DNA of 59,851 bases, filler included, from Catajapyx aquilonaris (lineage: Eukaryota): NCBI GenBank assembly GCA_000934665.2. It is 3 parts of 3 records of this genome, joined end to end, with 100 filler letters (N's around TTAATTAATTAA, not from the genome) between each part and the next. Parts side by side here need not be neighbours in the genome. Positions count along the whole stretch, not along the records: positions 1 to 19,838 come from JYFJ02006380.1; 2 more parts are not named here. One strand, given 5' to 3'. Positions 1-11,400 of the stretch are shown one piece after another. Numbering within the stretch: the first letter of the stretch is position 1; each line of letters begins with the position of its first letter. Position numbers and translations under genes: made by a program. The notes beneath the pieces are model-generated. The model was not told the origin of the DNA. It did not search any database and saw nothing but the letters and a program-made list of their open reading frames with translations.

Positions 1-190
1 ATCTCATTGACTGACTTTGTACATTTTATGTCATTATAAGAAGGGGCCTCTAACATGATCCTGCCCCGGGCCTCAGACAAGCTCTGCAGGGCCCTGGTTG
101 TAAGCCTCAGTGCCAGTATGCTAGCCTCTCGAGTTTACTGGAAACCAGAAATTCATGTCCTAAATTGTAACTTAATACATGCACTTTTAG

Positions 191-1879
191 GGGCCATCTC
201 GTGGGATGATTAAAAAACCAGTGATAGCAGCTGTAAGTGGCTATGCAGTTGCAGGCGGTCTTGAACTTGCCCTAATGTGTGATCTGAGAGTGGTGGAAGA
301 CACTGCAGTCATGGGGGTGTTCTGCAGGAGATTTGGTAAGCAGTGCAAATGTTTTGAAGTTCTCGTGAAAAATCATGCTGCCACCCTGCCACCATCCTCT
401 TCACCCATATTATTTTGTACTTTTCAGTTGTAAGTATCAACAGTGCAAAAAGAACTGTCCCAGTCATCCTGACGTGTGGGCTGGCCGCTCGACACACACC
501 ATGTAACTTACATGGTGTGTGTCGAGCGGGCAGCACACACATCAGGATGACTGGGACAATTCTTTTTGAACTGATGATACATACATCTTGTTGGACTTGG
601 AAGCAATTTTTGTTTTACCGGAATAAAAATTAATTGTGGCAGTAACACAAGCAGGCAAGTGGCCTGTACAATTATGTCTCATAGCCTGCATTTCAACCTC
701 TGTCCACCATTTCAGGACCCTTGGCATACGAGCGTGTGATAGAGTAGGCCTACACTTATGTTATATGCATTCATTGACTTTTTGCTTAATAAAATTAGTT
801 GTGTGGCAGCATTGATGAGTGCAGGATGTAGGATGATTTCTAAATGCATATTTTGCAATAGGTGTGCCCTTAATTGATGGAGGAACAGTACGTTTACCAG
901 CGTTGATTGGATTCTCCAGGGCCATGGACATGATCCTGACTGGAAGACCAGTCAGAGCTAAAGAGGCACTTGAGTGGGGACTTGCTAATAGGATAGTTGC
1001 CTGTGGAACATGTAAGTAATTGACTGGTATTGTATAATCTGAAACAGTGTTTTACCATATTGTTTTCATCACTAGCACTTGGACAGGCAATAAACTTGGC
1101 CAACTCACTGGTGAAATTTCCCCAGGAATGTATGCTGGCTGACAGGAGTTCAGCATACTACAGCACCTATTCATCATCCTCGTATGAGAATGCATTTGAT
1201 AATGAATTGGAAAATGGTCTTCCTATTGTTGTCAAGGTGATCTGTAATGTACTGTAAAGGCTTGTATCAGTGCCGAGTGTGCAGGCCTTTCAGCCCCTTT
1301 GCCTACATGTGGTGCCATTCCATCACGTATCAGCATATGCTAATGACGAGCTGGAGGTGGGATTGTCAAGAGTTTGTTGCTCTTTTAAGACCATGCTTAA
1401 GTTGGAATACTTCAATAATTATGGAGTATATTTCATAATTGAGCTTACTTCCACATCAGACGAAATCTTGTAGTTGCTCATTTCCACTTGCTCCTGTTGC
1501 CTTGCCTGCAAAATGTAGTAAAGATTTACATACATCATTGGAAACTCTTCCTGTATCTTTTGAATATGCACTGCCAATATTTGAAGGAGACGTTATTTTT
1601 ACATGTGAAAAGGCCAGAAGTGATGCCCATTTGTCACTTTGCTGTGACTAGGATCACACTCATCACAGTGAATCCAGTCCTACACCTAGGGGTTGAAACG
1701 GGTTGAAAGGCCTGTAAATATGACAGTTGATGTAAGCCATAAATAAGGGAAAAGTGCACACTTATTAATACATGGCATTGGTTTTGCAGGAGTCAATCAA
1801 GGGAGCTCAACGATTTGTGTCTGGAATTGGACGACATGGAAACTTCCACTTGGATGACCCTATGAAATCCAACTTGTGA
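191..1879 (+). CDS. Enoyl-CoA hydratase/crotonase-family gene, 3' part (exons 191-335, 862-1011, 1076-1236, 1790-1879; 5' exons lie before the window)
   Basis: The spliced translation GPSRGMIKKPVIAAVSGYAVAGGLELALMCDLRV..CRRFGVPLIDGGTVRLPALIG..AMDMILTGRPVRAKEALEWGLANRIV..FPQECMLADRSS..GIGRHGNFHLDDPMKSNL* has crotonase motifs. All introns are GT-AG with consistent phase. AATAAA at 1921. Confidence 0.92.
429..585. repeat. Near-perfect 157-bp fold-back palindrome (MITE-like) in the ECH intron
   Basis: Arms 429-506 and 508-585 are reverse complements with a few mismatches. One-nt loop at 507 (TGTAA-C-TTACA). Confidence 0.9.
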
Positions 1880-2089
1880 TACTTTAAAAATGTCACATTT
1901 TCAGGAAACTTCTCTAAAACAATAAAGTGCAATTTGAAAACTGGTCAAATGGGATTTTAAATTAATGTCAACCATGCGATGTCATTACATATGGGTGTGG
2001 GCGAATCAAGTTCTCCCACTACAGACCAGGTAATTGAGCCTTTCTGTACATGTGGCCTACTCTTTACCCTTCGGTTGGGAAATACGAAA

Positions 2090-2304
2090 ATTTTCCATAC
2101 TCGTCAACATGAACTTTGACTTAGGGAGACTGAAAATGCATTGATATCCCATTGTAAGGCCCTGCCTGCACTTCGAGTTATAGAAATTCGAGTTAGGGAA
2201 GTTTATTTCCTATTATTATACATTGTGACCTACCAAGTTCATAATTTTCTTTGACTTATAGAGATCTTCAACGTAGGGAAGTTCAACTTACAGTAGTTTT
2301 ACTG
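2090..2304. mobile_element. Degenerate pogo/Tigger-like MITE remnant (one TIR end), related to 57801-57921
   Basis: Repeated TTCGAGTTATAG/TTAGGGAAGTT motifs and a terminal ...AGTTTTACTG-TA resembling the TIR at 57801. Confidence 0.45.
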
Positions 2305-2444
2305 TACTAGGAAAATTAGATCTTTCTTATTTATCATTTTCAAAAAATAGTAGGTAGGTGAAGATTATTTTGTTGAGTTTCTTATTATTATCCACTAAAA
2401 CTTGTATGCAATGAAATAAACGATTTTGAAATGATGGATGCAAC

Positions 2445-2742
2445 CACGGTCTTAGAAGGATAGGTCGGGAAACTCCCCGCCATCTTGCGATCCGTTACTC
2501 AATCCCGCCGTGGCGCTGACTGGAGGTCGCCATGATGTGAACTGGATCGTGAACATCTCCATATTGCGGCCATCTTGGTATACGCTATTGGTAGCACGAG
2601 TTGTACCGACAGGGTCGCTAGTTTGTTATGGCGAATGAACGACACGCACAGCGAGATTCCATTGTTTTTACTAGCGCCGCTGCGGGAAGGAATAACGGAT
2701 CAGCCTTTTCTATTGCGCTGGGATAGAAGTGTCTAGGGGCTG
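2445..2742. mobile_element. Non-autonomous hAT-type element (MITE), copy 1
   Basis: 8-bp TSD GATGCAAC at 2437-2444 and 2743-2750. Ends CACGGTCTTAGA...TCTAGGGGCTG. Highly similar second copy at 18245-18574. Confidence 0.88.
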
Positions 2743-2991
2743 GATGCAACGATTCAGGCCCCTTTCAATCCAAAAGGGAAGTTATGGTTTTGAACATTTT
2801 AATTTCATGAATTCCAGTTTCAATAAACAATCAGAACAGGTAGCACCTCAAAAAAATTAGTCACAGTAAAAATGTATTTAGAACTGACACACTTACAGCT
2901 AGATATCAACTGTGTACCTGGAAAATGGATGGATTGAATAACAACACAGTTTACAACCTGCTGTTTATTTAGATTGGTGAACAAATGGTGC

Positions 2992-5900
2992 TCAGGATGA
3001 CTCACTCTTTTTTTCATAACTAATCTTCTCAATTATTTTGACCACCTTCCAAACATCATCAGCAAGGAGCTTTGGTTGTTCCATTGCTGCAAAGTGACCT
3101 CCTGTAGGCATTTTGGTGTAACTAATCAAATTGGTGTAACGATGCCTCAGAAAGTTTTCTGGTTGGACTAAAAGCTCATTGGGAAAAGCAGCACATCCAG
3201 AAGGGACTGTGATAGGCATGCTATCGAGTCCTCGAGCTAGGTGCCTTAAACTGAAGCTCTCAGAGTAAAGCCTCATTGAAGAAGTAATAGACCCTGTGAT
3301 GTAGTAGACCATGACATTATCCAGTAGCTCAGTCATAGTGTATGGTCCTGGAAGCCCTCCCTTGGTTTGCTTCATCCATGCTGGGTTGGTCCAAGTGGAG
3401 AATTTCTCCAGGATGTAGGCAGCCAGACCAATTGGAGAATCATTCAAAGCAACTCCCACTGTGTCAGGCTTCGTGGCTTGGAGGTGGAAATAGCCTGACT
3501 CACGAAGTATCCGCTTCAGTGTGTCTCCCAGTGGGTATACCTTTAATGAATAAGTCATTGGCATGACAAATTGATTCCAACAGTTTTGATATATTGTTCA
3601 GAAGACCATTTTATCTAGTTACTTGATTTAGTAATAATCAAGTGTTAAATGATAGTGAGGAGTGCAGGAGAACCAGCATTTCCCCAACAAAAGACAACCC
3701 TTTTCCAAGGAGTTGTAACTATAACTTGGGCAGCTAGGCATCTGGATGAAAATATTACTGTCTTTAGACAAGGAATATAACTGTCTCCCGTAAACAGAAT
3801 GCTCATATGATCCACGAAGCTGGTCATAATCGAATAATACTTTCATCCAGGCACCATCTTCTTACCTCAGGTACAGTTCCTTGGAAAGTTCCTTTCTCTT
3901 ATCAGCTGTAAAAATCCACAGAATATCCTTTGACATACCTTGGACGCCTCCCATTCATCCATGAACAGTGATGGCCAATATGTACCCACAAAGAGCTTGA
4001 GATTGGTGGCGAGGGTGTTGGCAGAACACATGTTTGAGTGCAGTCCTTTGATCCTGTCAGGGTGGAGCAAGGCCATCTGAGCCACTATCATGGCTCCCCA
4101 GTCTCCACCTTGTACGTAAAACTTTTCATGGCCTAGCCTTGCCATCAGCTTGTGCATTATTTGTGCTATCTCTAGTGTTGCCATTCCAGGCTTTCTGGCA
4201 CCATCTGAGAATCCATAACCCGGAAGTGATGGGATGACAAGCTCAAATACAAAATCATGACCTTTACGAGGTGTAGTTAGCAAGGGAATTATTTTTAGAA
4301 ACTCAACAAATGATCCGGGCCACCCATGAAGCATGATCATGGGGACAACTTTCTTGGGACTCTCCTGCCCAGTTTGATCTGGCTTCACATGGATGAAATG
4401 AATTTTAAGTCCCTCAATGGAAGTCATGAAGTGTGGCAGCTTGTTAAGTTCCACTTCACGGTCTCTCCAGTGGTATTCATGCAACCAAAACGGCTGGAGT
4501 TCCTGAAGGAAGAGGGAATTCACTCCATATTCAAACTCAGCATCCTTCAGGGACATGGCAAATCGGTTGGCCATATGGATGCGTTCCTCCAGATCCTCCA
4601 GCATCTGGAAAGGACACAGATGTAATGACTGTAATAGCTGTCCAAGTACCCTGGTACTGTACTATTTGCACAAAGTTCAGACACTTATTAACACGCTTTA
4701 ATTTTTCAATCTTATCATTTGAATTACATGCAAAGTAGAAAGTATAGATTTTAAAAATTCTCCATTCAGTATCTTTCATTTGTTACAAAAAGTGAACTCA
4801 TCCATATTGGTGAAAATCTAGATTCTAGATGATGATCCTTTCCACTCACCCCTGTACCTCGCCTTTTAGGGTGCAGTGAGTTATACCTACGGTAATGACT
4901 AATGGTATACATAATTGGAAAGCTCATTAATGCTTTCCATTGGTATCCATAACTGTACAGTAAATATGAATCACAGATGACTGGGGTGAGTGTCTGCAAA
5001 ATTTTAACTGATATGGATAAGGTAAATTCTGAGAGAGACAGTCTAATAAAACAACCATAAAATAATTTTCCTATTAAAGGAATAGTTAGTGATGCATGAG
5101 GGACATAATCTTTATCCAGTACAATACCTGAAATCATCATAAAATGTCAAAAGATGCTGTATTACCTTATTTGGTTTTTTCACAAACATCATACTAAAAG
5201 AAGGATACTCTCAAGAGGCATGCCATGTGTAATAAAAATAACTCTATGTACTATATAGATAGAGATAGATATAGATAGAGATGAAGATAGAGACGATTTT
5301 GCATTTGACTCAAGTGCAACTTGCACTTGAATCAAATGCCAATCGTCTCTATCTTTTTGAGCGATATAGTACATATCTTTTGAGACAGAGTGGAACATTT
5401 GCCAAATAGCCATCCGTTCATACAAATACATGACAAGAAAACAGCATGTATCGTAGTTTCAGTTGGCATTAAACTACAACATTTAAGTAATATATTATAA
5501 GATGGACGTGATTATTGTTTTGCAACTTCACAATTCACTTTACACTTTTGTAGCATAACAGGGGCATTTTGTACACACACAAAAAAAGAATAATGATGGA
5601 AGCAAGAATCATCAAAGGAATCCAAGGCTGACACGTCCTGCAATATCATCATGTAATTTGCCAATTTTACTGCTGCAGTGGTGTATACAGAAGGTCACCG
5701 TAATTATTATGTGGTAGCATTGCATAACATGACTGTCAGTAGCAGCGAATGTTTTGCTCCCTTGTACATCCTGTTATGGAAATAGTAATAATATGGAGTT
5801 TTTACTATCACTTATACCGTGGATGTGTTGTTCATAAAAATACTGCATTAATGTTACTACTTATTAATTACTTCTTGTAATGTGCTCGCAAGAAGTTGAT

Positions 5901-6103
5901 TGCCAGGTAGATAATATTACCTCATCAGGGATCTGTATTCTGAAAGGTTTAACGCTGGTGTCCTCAGTCTTGGGCCTCTCCTCAGCCCAGAACTGGTCGT
6001 CTGGCAGGACTGGCATCTGCGGTACATCGCAGCAGCCGAACCAGAGGGCTATCCCGATGGCCGAAACTGCACCCAGGAGAAACAGCCTGGCGAACATTCC
6101 CAT
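2992..6103 (-). CDS. JHEH: Microsomal / juvenile-hormone epoxide hydrolase (EPHX1/JHEH family), 465 aa; exons 6103-5921, 4604-3939, 3540-2992
   Basis: N-terminal membrane anchor, HGWP oxyanion motif, QGGDWG nucleophile Asp, GYFHLQATKPDT, FPNE acid residue and GGHFAAMEQP His. Phase-0 GT-AG introns give a 1398-nt CDS. Confidence 0.95.
5284..5355. repeat. Fold-back palindrome (about 35-bp arms) next to an AGAT/AG microsatellite in the epoxide hydrolase intron
   Basis: AAGATAGAGACGATTTTGCATTTGACTCAAGTGCAA-C-TTGCACTTGAATCAAATGCCAATCGTCTCTATCTT, apex at 5320. Confidence 0.85.
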
Positions 6104-6782
6104 GCTTCCTGTGCTGGTGGCCTCCTCGCGGTTCCTCAGCCAGTGACGCCCTGCGAGCGGAGGAAGAGGGAAAGACCTCTGTAGTTACGTGCAGCTTATT
6201 ATCATCCTTCCCGCGATATAAAAAAAATGCTGCAAAAAAAGGCAGCAAAGGGGAGGAGACCGCAAAAACAGGTTTTTCCCGTCGTACATCATTGCAATTC
6301 ATTGGTGCCCATCGAGTCGCATAACGATTAGGTGATGAGGAGCAGTGATAATAAACACGCATTGTACTGTATTATGAAGAAAGGGTCTTCCCTAATGACG
6401 CGTGACCCTGAGGAATCAGCTGCTGGCGCCCAACCAACCCCACCCTGGGTTTGACGCGGTTTGACCAGGGCCTGGTTTGACCTTCGCTCTCTTCTTCATC
6501 TGGTAACCCCGCGAGTGAAGTTCCCTCCTCATCTGGCAACGCGGAGGGGAATAAAAATGGCCGACTACCAACGGAAGGTGTAAAAAAAAAGAGAGAAGAG
6601 GAGAGAGAGAGAGACACGGCTGTCGTTTCCTAATGCGAGGTGCAACGATGCGTGGTTACTTGGAGGCCGCTGCTCTGCGGGTATGCGCATTTGCCCGAGT
6701 GGCACTGCCAGGCACCTTCTGTTTCCAGGCGCGATGGATCCACGTCTTGTTGTCGTCTCGGGAGTACAGATAATCAGAACGC
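6104..6782. promoter_or_regulatory. Putative bidirectional promoter and 5' UTR region of JHEH (-) and ABHD13 (+)
   Basis: CpG-rich stretch between divergent genes with repeated motifs GGTTTGAC (x3) and TCATCTGG(T/C)AAC (x2). A candidate donor GC|GTATGT near 6782 could supply a non-coding ABHD13 exon to the acceptor at 8386. Confidence 0.5.
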
Positions 6783-7492
6783 GTATGTGGCTGTCTGCGT
6801 CACCGTCCTTCATTGATTGATTTAGTTGGTTGCAGAGGAGAGGGGCCAGGAAGTGGGCAGTTGTGGAGCACTCTCAAGTTGTTGGGTATTAAGGTGTGCA
6901 CACATACTTTCCCATTGATGGTTCGCGAGTCATGCAGCTTTTGGTGGTATTTGTGATAACTGATGGATCTAAACGAGAATCGTGAAGAAACTGCTGGTAA
7001 AGTACCATATAATGATTGGATAGGATGTCTAGCGTCGTAAGATAACATATCATGGAAATGTGAATGTGACAAATGTTACGTGGTGTATTCAGTGATATAG
7101 CACATGTTATCCCCAGCCAGTGAGTCGTCTATCTTTAGGAGGCCTCCTCTAGGTAGACAGGTAGATAACAGTCTTTGGAACGGGTTAACTCAAGCTGGTT
7201 GACATTGCAAGACTTTCATATAATACCAGTAATGCCAAGTTGGGCATGGTGTGGATGTTGAGATTTTTTGATAAGCTTTATTTGAACGTATTTGAAGCAC
7301 TTTCAGTTATTTGATTTTTGATAATATATTTGTCACATGATCAGAAATGTGCAAAATTCTAGCTTCAATAAAGCAGAAGGTACTCTTCAGCTGTTTTCCA
7401 TTAAGCAATGATTTGGAGAGAAGATTTCGTCATACACATTCAGGATATCTTTTTAGGCTTGATTTGGTATTGCCATTAGACTTCCTTGTGAA

Positions 7493-8154
7493 TGCTAAAG
7501 TAGCAGGTCAAGAGGGATAAAATAGAGGACTTTCTTATTTCCACTTCCCCTTGCATGTTACTCAATAAGAGGTTTCATTACAATAACGACTGGACAGATT
7601 TTAAGAAAAATTTTGGAACCCTTCTTCATAGACATGATGATAATAATTGCACCAGATATCATTGAACGTCAAAAAATTATGTGAGTGCTTAAATATTTCC
7701 ATTTCCTAGATGTGCTGAAGTAGCAGGTCAAGAGTGATAAAATAGAGGACTTTCTTATTTCCACTTCCCCTTGCATGTTACTCAATAGGAGGTTTCATTA
7801 CAATAACGACTGGACAGATTTTAAGAAAAATTTTGGAACCCTTCTCCATAGACATGATAATAATTGCACCAGATATCATTGAACGTCAAAAAATTATGTG
7901 AGTGCTTAAATATTTCCATTTCCTAGATGTGCTGAAGTAGCAGGTCAAGAGTGATAAAATAGAGGACTTTCTTATTTCCACTTCCCCTTGCATGTTACTC
8001 AATAAGAGGTTTTATTACAATAACGACTGGACAGATTTTAAGAAAAATTTTGGAACCCTTCTCCATAGACATATGATGATAATAATTGCACCAGATATCA
8101 TTGAATGTCAAAAAATTATGTGAGTGCTTAAATATTTCCATTTCCTAGATGTGC
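7493..8154 (+). repeat. Tandem triplication of an approximately 220-bp unit
   Basis: TAGCAGGTCAAGAG recurs at 7501, 7721 and 7938. The units are nearly identical apart from (GAT)n/(AAT)n slippage and a few substitutions. Confidence 0.95.
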
Positions 8155-8463
8155 ATCCAGAAATTTTAATGAAGGGAAATGAAGAGTTACCTATTATTGA
8201 ACTCCTTCTCTTACATAGATATTCAAAATTTTCTTCACTATTGGGAGTGACTGAGTCAAGAACCTGCATCTAATCATTTGGGCTGTTAATGTTTACATTG
8301 ATCCTCACTCACATATGAAGTGGGCTTAAATATTTTGTTTGCTGATGTGCTGCACCACTAACAATAAATTTTTGTCTTTGTTATAGCATGCCACAAGAGC
8401 AAGAATACATCAAGAAAGCTTGAGAAAGCTGAAGTGACACATTCAGTGAGTAAGCCTGGCCAC

Positions 8464-11400
8464 ATGGCTGAAACAAATCTGGGTGCAGTCGGGAGTGGTG
8501 GCGTGAAGGAGGCAGGAGGACTCGGTGGCAGTGACGGGGGGCCGGGGTTGAGTCCAGGAAATGTGAAAGGGGCCACCTCCCTGAAGCTGCCCCTGGTTCC
8601 AAGCCCACGCCAGCAAGCTGACTTTGAAGTGATCCGCTTTGTGGCCAAGTTGGTACTCCAGATAGTGATGCAATGTTGGGCGTTGTCAGGTGCAGCCATA
8701 CTGGCCATCCTGCTACTGTACTGGCTCTATGGTGGACTGCTCGCTTTCTTGCTTCTGTGCTTTGCTTCTACTGGTAAGTATCAACTTCCACGCATGATTT
8801 TAGATTCATTATACTACTGGCATTAAATCATGTGGAAGTATAAGTGAAAAGAAGGTGGCAAAAAAATGTGAACTGTTCACATGGCTCAAATTCAATCAAT
8901 CAATCAATCAATCAATTTTATTTTGACCTCCCTATATAAGCATAGGGAGGGACTCCACTCTTTTTCGTAAACATACAGTTGGTAGTTACAAGATGTTTTT
9001 ATGCCATTTGGCTACATACGGCGTACAACATACGGCAAAAATAGATATATCGTCTTCTGTTGTAATATGGATGGTTCGTGGAGGATATGCCAGATATTTT
9101 CACTTTGTATTACAGGGATAACTCTTTGTAGCTTGTACCTTCCCCCTTCAAATATGGGGCATTCACTTAACACATGGCTAAAATTGACCTTATAGATTCC
9201 TGAAGGGTGGGTGAACTATAAACTGCACGTAAAAGAACGTACAAGTGATCAAGGGAGGTCACATTGATCACAGAAAAAAAATTTAGCTTGTTATGTTGCA
9301 GGTGCAGTTAGCGTCAGTCATGTTCAGTTGCCATGAGTAAAGTTATCATTAAGGGCTGCTAAGTTGGCTTTTTTTCTAAATTTGATATTTGATATCTAAT
9401 GCTACATTTTAGATTAATCCCTTGTAAAAAGTTGCCCGGAGTAAGAACCAGCAAAGGATTCGTGACATTACTGCCATAATTAATTCTGTGGTGTACCATG
9501 ATAATTTTGGGTGGAAATCATTCTTAATACTATTAGATGGAAAGTGAGACTTGTGTTTTTAAATACTATCTGTTTTTTAGTGAAAACCTTGAATTGAGAA
9601 TTTTGCACTTTTTTTTACATTTAAAAGGCCACGGGTACTAATCTGCCACAATTTTAATTATAAGTTATAAGATAATGATACCTAATGTCTGATTTTTTTG
9701 ACACATGTCCACCAAAAGAATTTGTGACAAAAATTTTTGACAATAAGAAATTAAAATGTCAAATACCATACCTGATTCCCTTGTATTAATGCTGTCAGGG
9801 AGAAGTGAGGTTATCAAGTGCAGCTACTGATTGTCTCCACTGGTTGTAAAAAGGCAAGGTTCCCTAATGGCTTCCACTTGGACTCTGATCATGGCCTATG
9901 TCCTTGAGACTCATAACTTATCAAGCAATGACCATGCACTGTATAAGAGGATTATCTTTGTCAGGGTCCACTCATCCTGACCTTTAAAGAAGGGAGAATG
10001 TCTAAACTGCTGCATAGGCATGGAGGTTGGGTGTTGGGGAAAGACTGTGAAATGCAAGTCTACATAATGACAAATTACATAAGTCGACATAGTAAGGAAT
10101 TACGTATAAATTGTATTAAAATAAATTTCTTAAGACAAAAATTTGTCCACCTTGTGTGTCACAGCCATATTATTTAATATGCTATACTTTCTATACTATA
10201 AGTCATGAATACCAATGAAGTTCCCCTGCATTAGACAATGCCATATTTTTTTAAAGGAAATTGTTAAGGCACATTAACATGCTTTTGAATTGGCTCCCCA
10301 AATCTCTTGTTTTTTAAATTTTGTATTTGCTGGTCCAATTGCCATCTTCTCCCACAAGGGCAATTTTTTTTGCCTGCTCTTTATTCACTCTCAATTTTGC
10401 AGCAAGCCTCAGTTTGCAAATATGTGGAACAGCCATTAATGCAGGATTAGTTCCATTATGAACAGGGTTTTCCATAGTAAGGAGCCTAAAACTACCATCA
10501 CTTCCACATTAGACAGGAATGCTTACAAACTCCTATCTCTTGCCGAGACCACAAAAGTTTCCTGTGGTAGACAAGTTTCTGTTATATCTATGATCTGATA
10601 TGGACAGGTTTCACTGTATTATTTTTGCTAGGTTTTTTCTGAGTATTGTTTGTTCACACATACTCTTCTTCCCCCATCCAGGTATAATTTATCATGCTGG
10701 TGACAGGTTGCTCTTCCACCCAGACCAGCCAGTGCACTCGAGGCTGTTTGTCCCAGTTCCATCGATGTTCAGTATGCCCTATGAGAATATATTTTTCAAC
10801 ACCAGAGATGGGATAAAACTCCATTCTTACTTTATTCGTCAGCCCCATCCACGAGCTTCCCAAGCTGCCACAATTATCTTTCTTCATGGAAATGCTGGTA
10901 ATGTGGGACACAGGTATGCCTCTTAGTGCAATATTGCACTTCATTTGACAGCTTCAGTGACATCATTTGCTAAGAACTGTCACTTACATTATTTTGCTAA
11001 GAGAACTGCTTTGAAAGTTTGATGATACAATTGCTTGGATATGACCATAAGTATTAATTTCAAACTTTTAAAAATGTGTTGTTGCAAGAAGGTTGGAAGT
11101 CTTATCATTCAGAAAATGATACTTTCAAATAAGGTTGTTTAATTAATGTTAATACTTTGTTCTAACATAATAAGAAACTGTACTTTTCCTGAATGTTCAG
11201 GTTAGGCAATGCTCGTGGACTCTATCACCATCTGCAATGCAACATACTGATGATGGAATACCGAGGCTATGGACGCTCCCAAGGGAACCCCTCAGAGGAA
11301 GGGCTTTATTTGGACTCCCAGGCTGCTGTCGACTATCTGTACACCAGAACAGATATTGACCACAGAAAAATTATTATCTTTGGGAGGTCTTTAGGTATGT

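Noticed and set aside
309..633. ORFs 309-542(-) and 415-633(+) with similar peptides
   Set aside because: Artefact of the 429-585 palindrome read on both strands.
3867..3938. C-terminal tail of ORF 3867-4604 and similar ORF overhangs in other genes
   Set aside because: Read-through into introns past clear GT donors.
7493..8154. Repeats considered as a CRISPR-like array
   Set aside because: Whole 220-bp units are duplicated with no unique spacers, and the context is eukaryotic.
9790..10070. Possible SINE/LINE 5' fragment or ncRNA (also 1995-2075 and 51905-51990)
   Set aside because: No clear A/B boxes, cloverleaf, TSD or second copy, so it cannot be supported. I recognised no tRNA or rRNA genes in the window.
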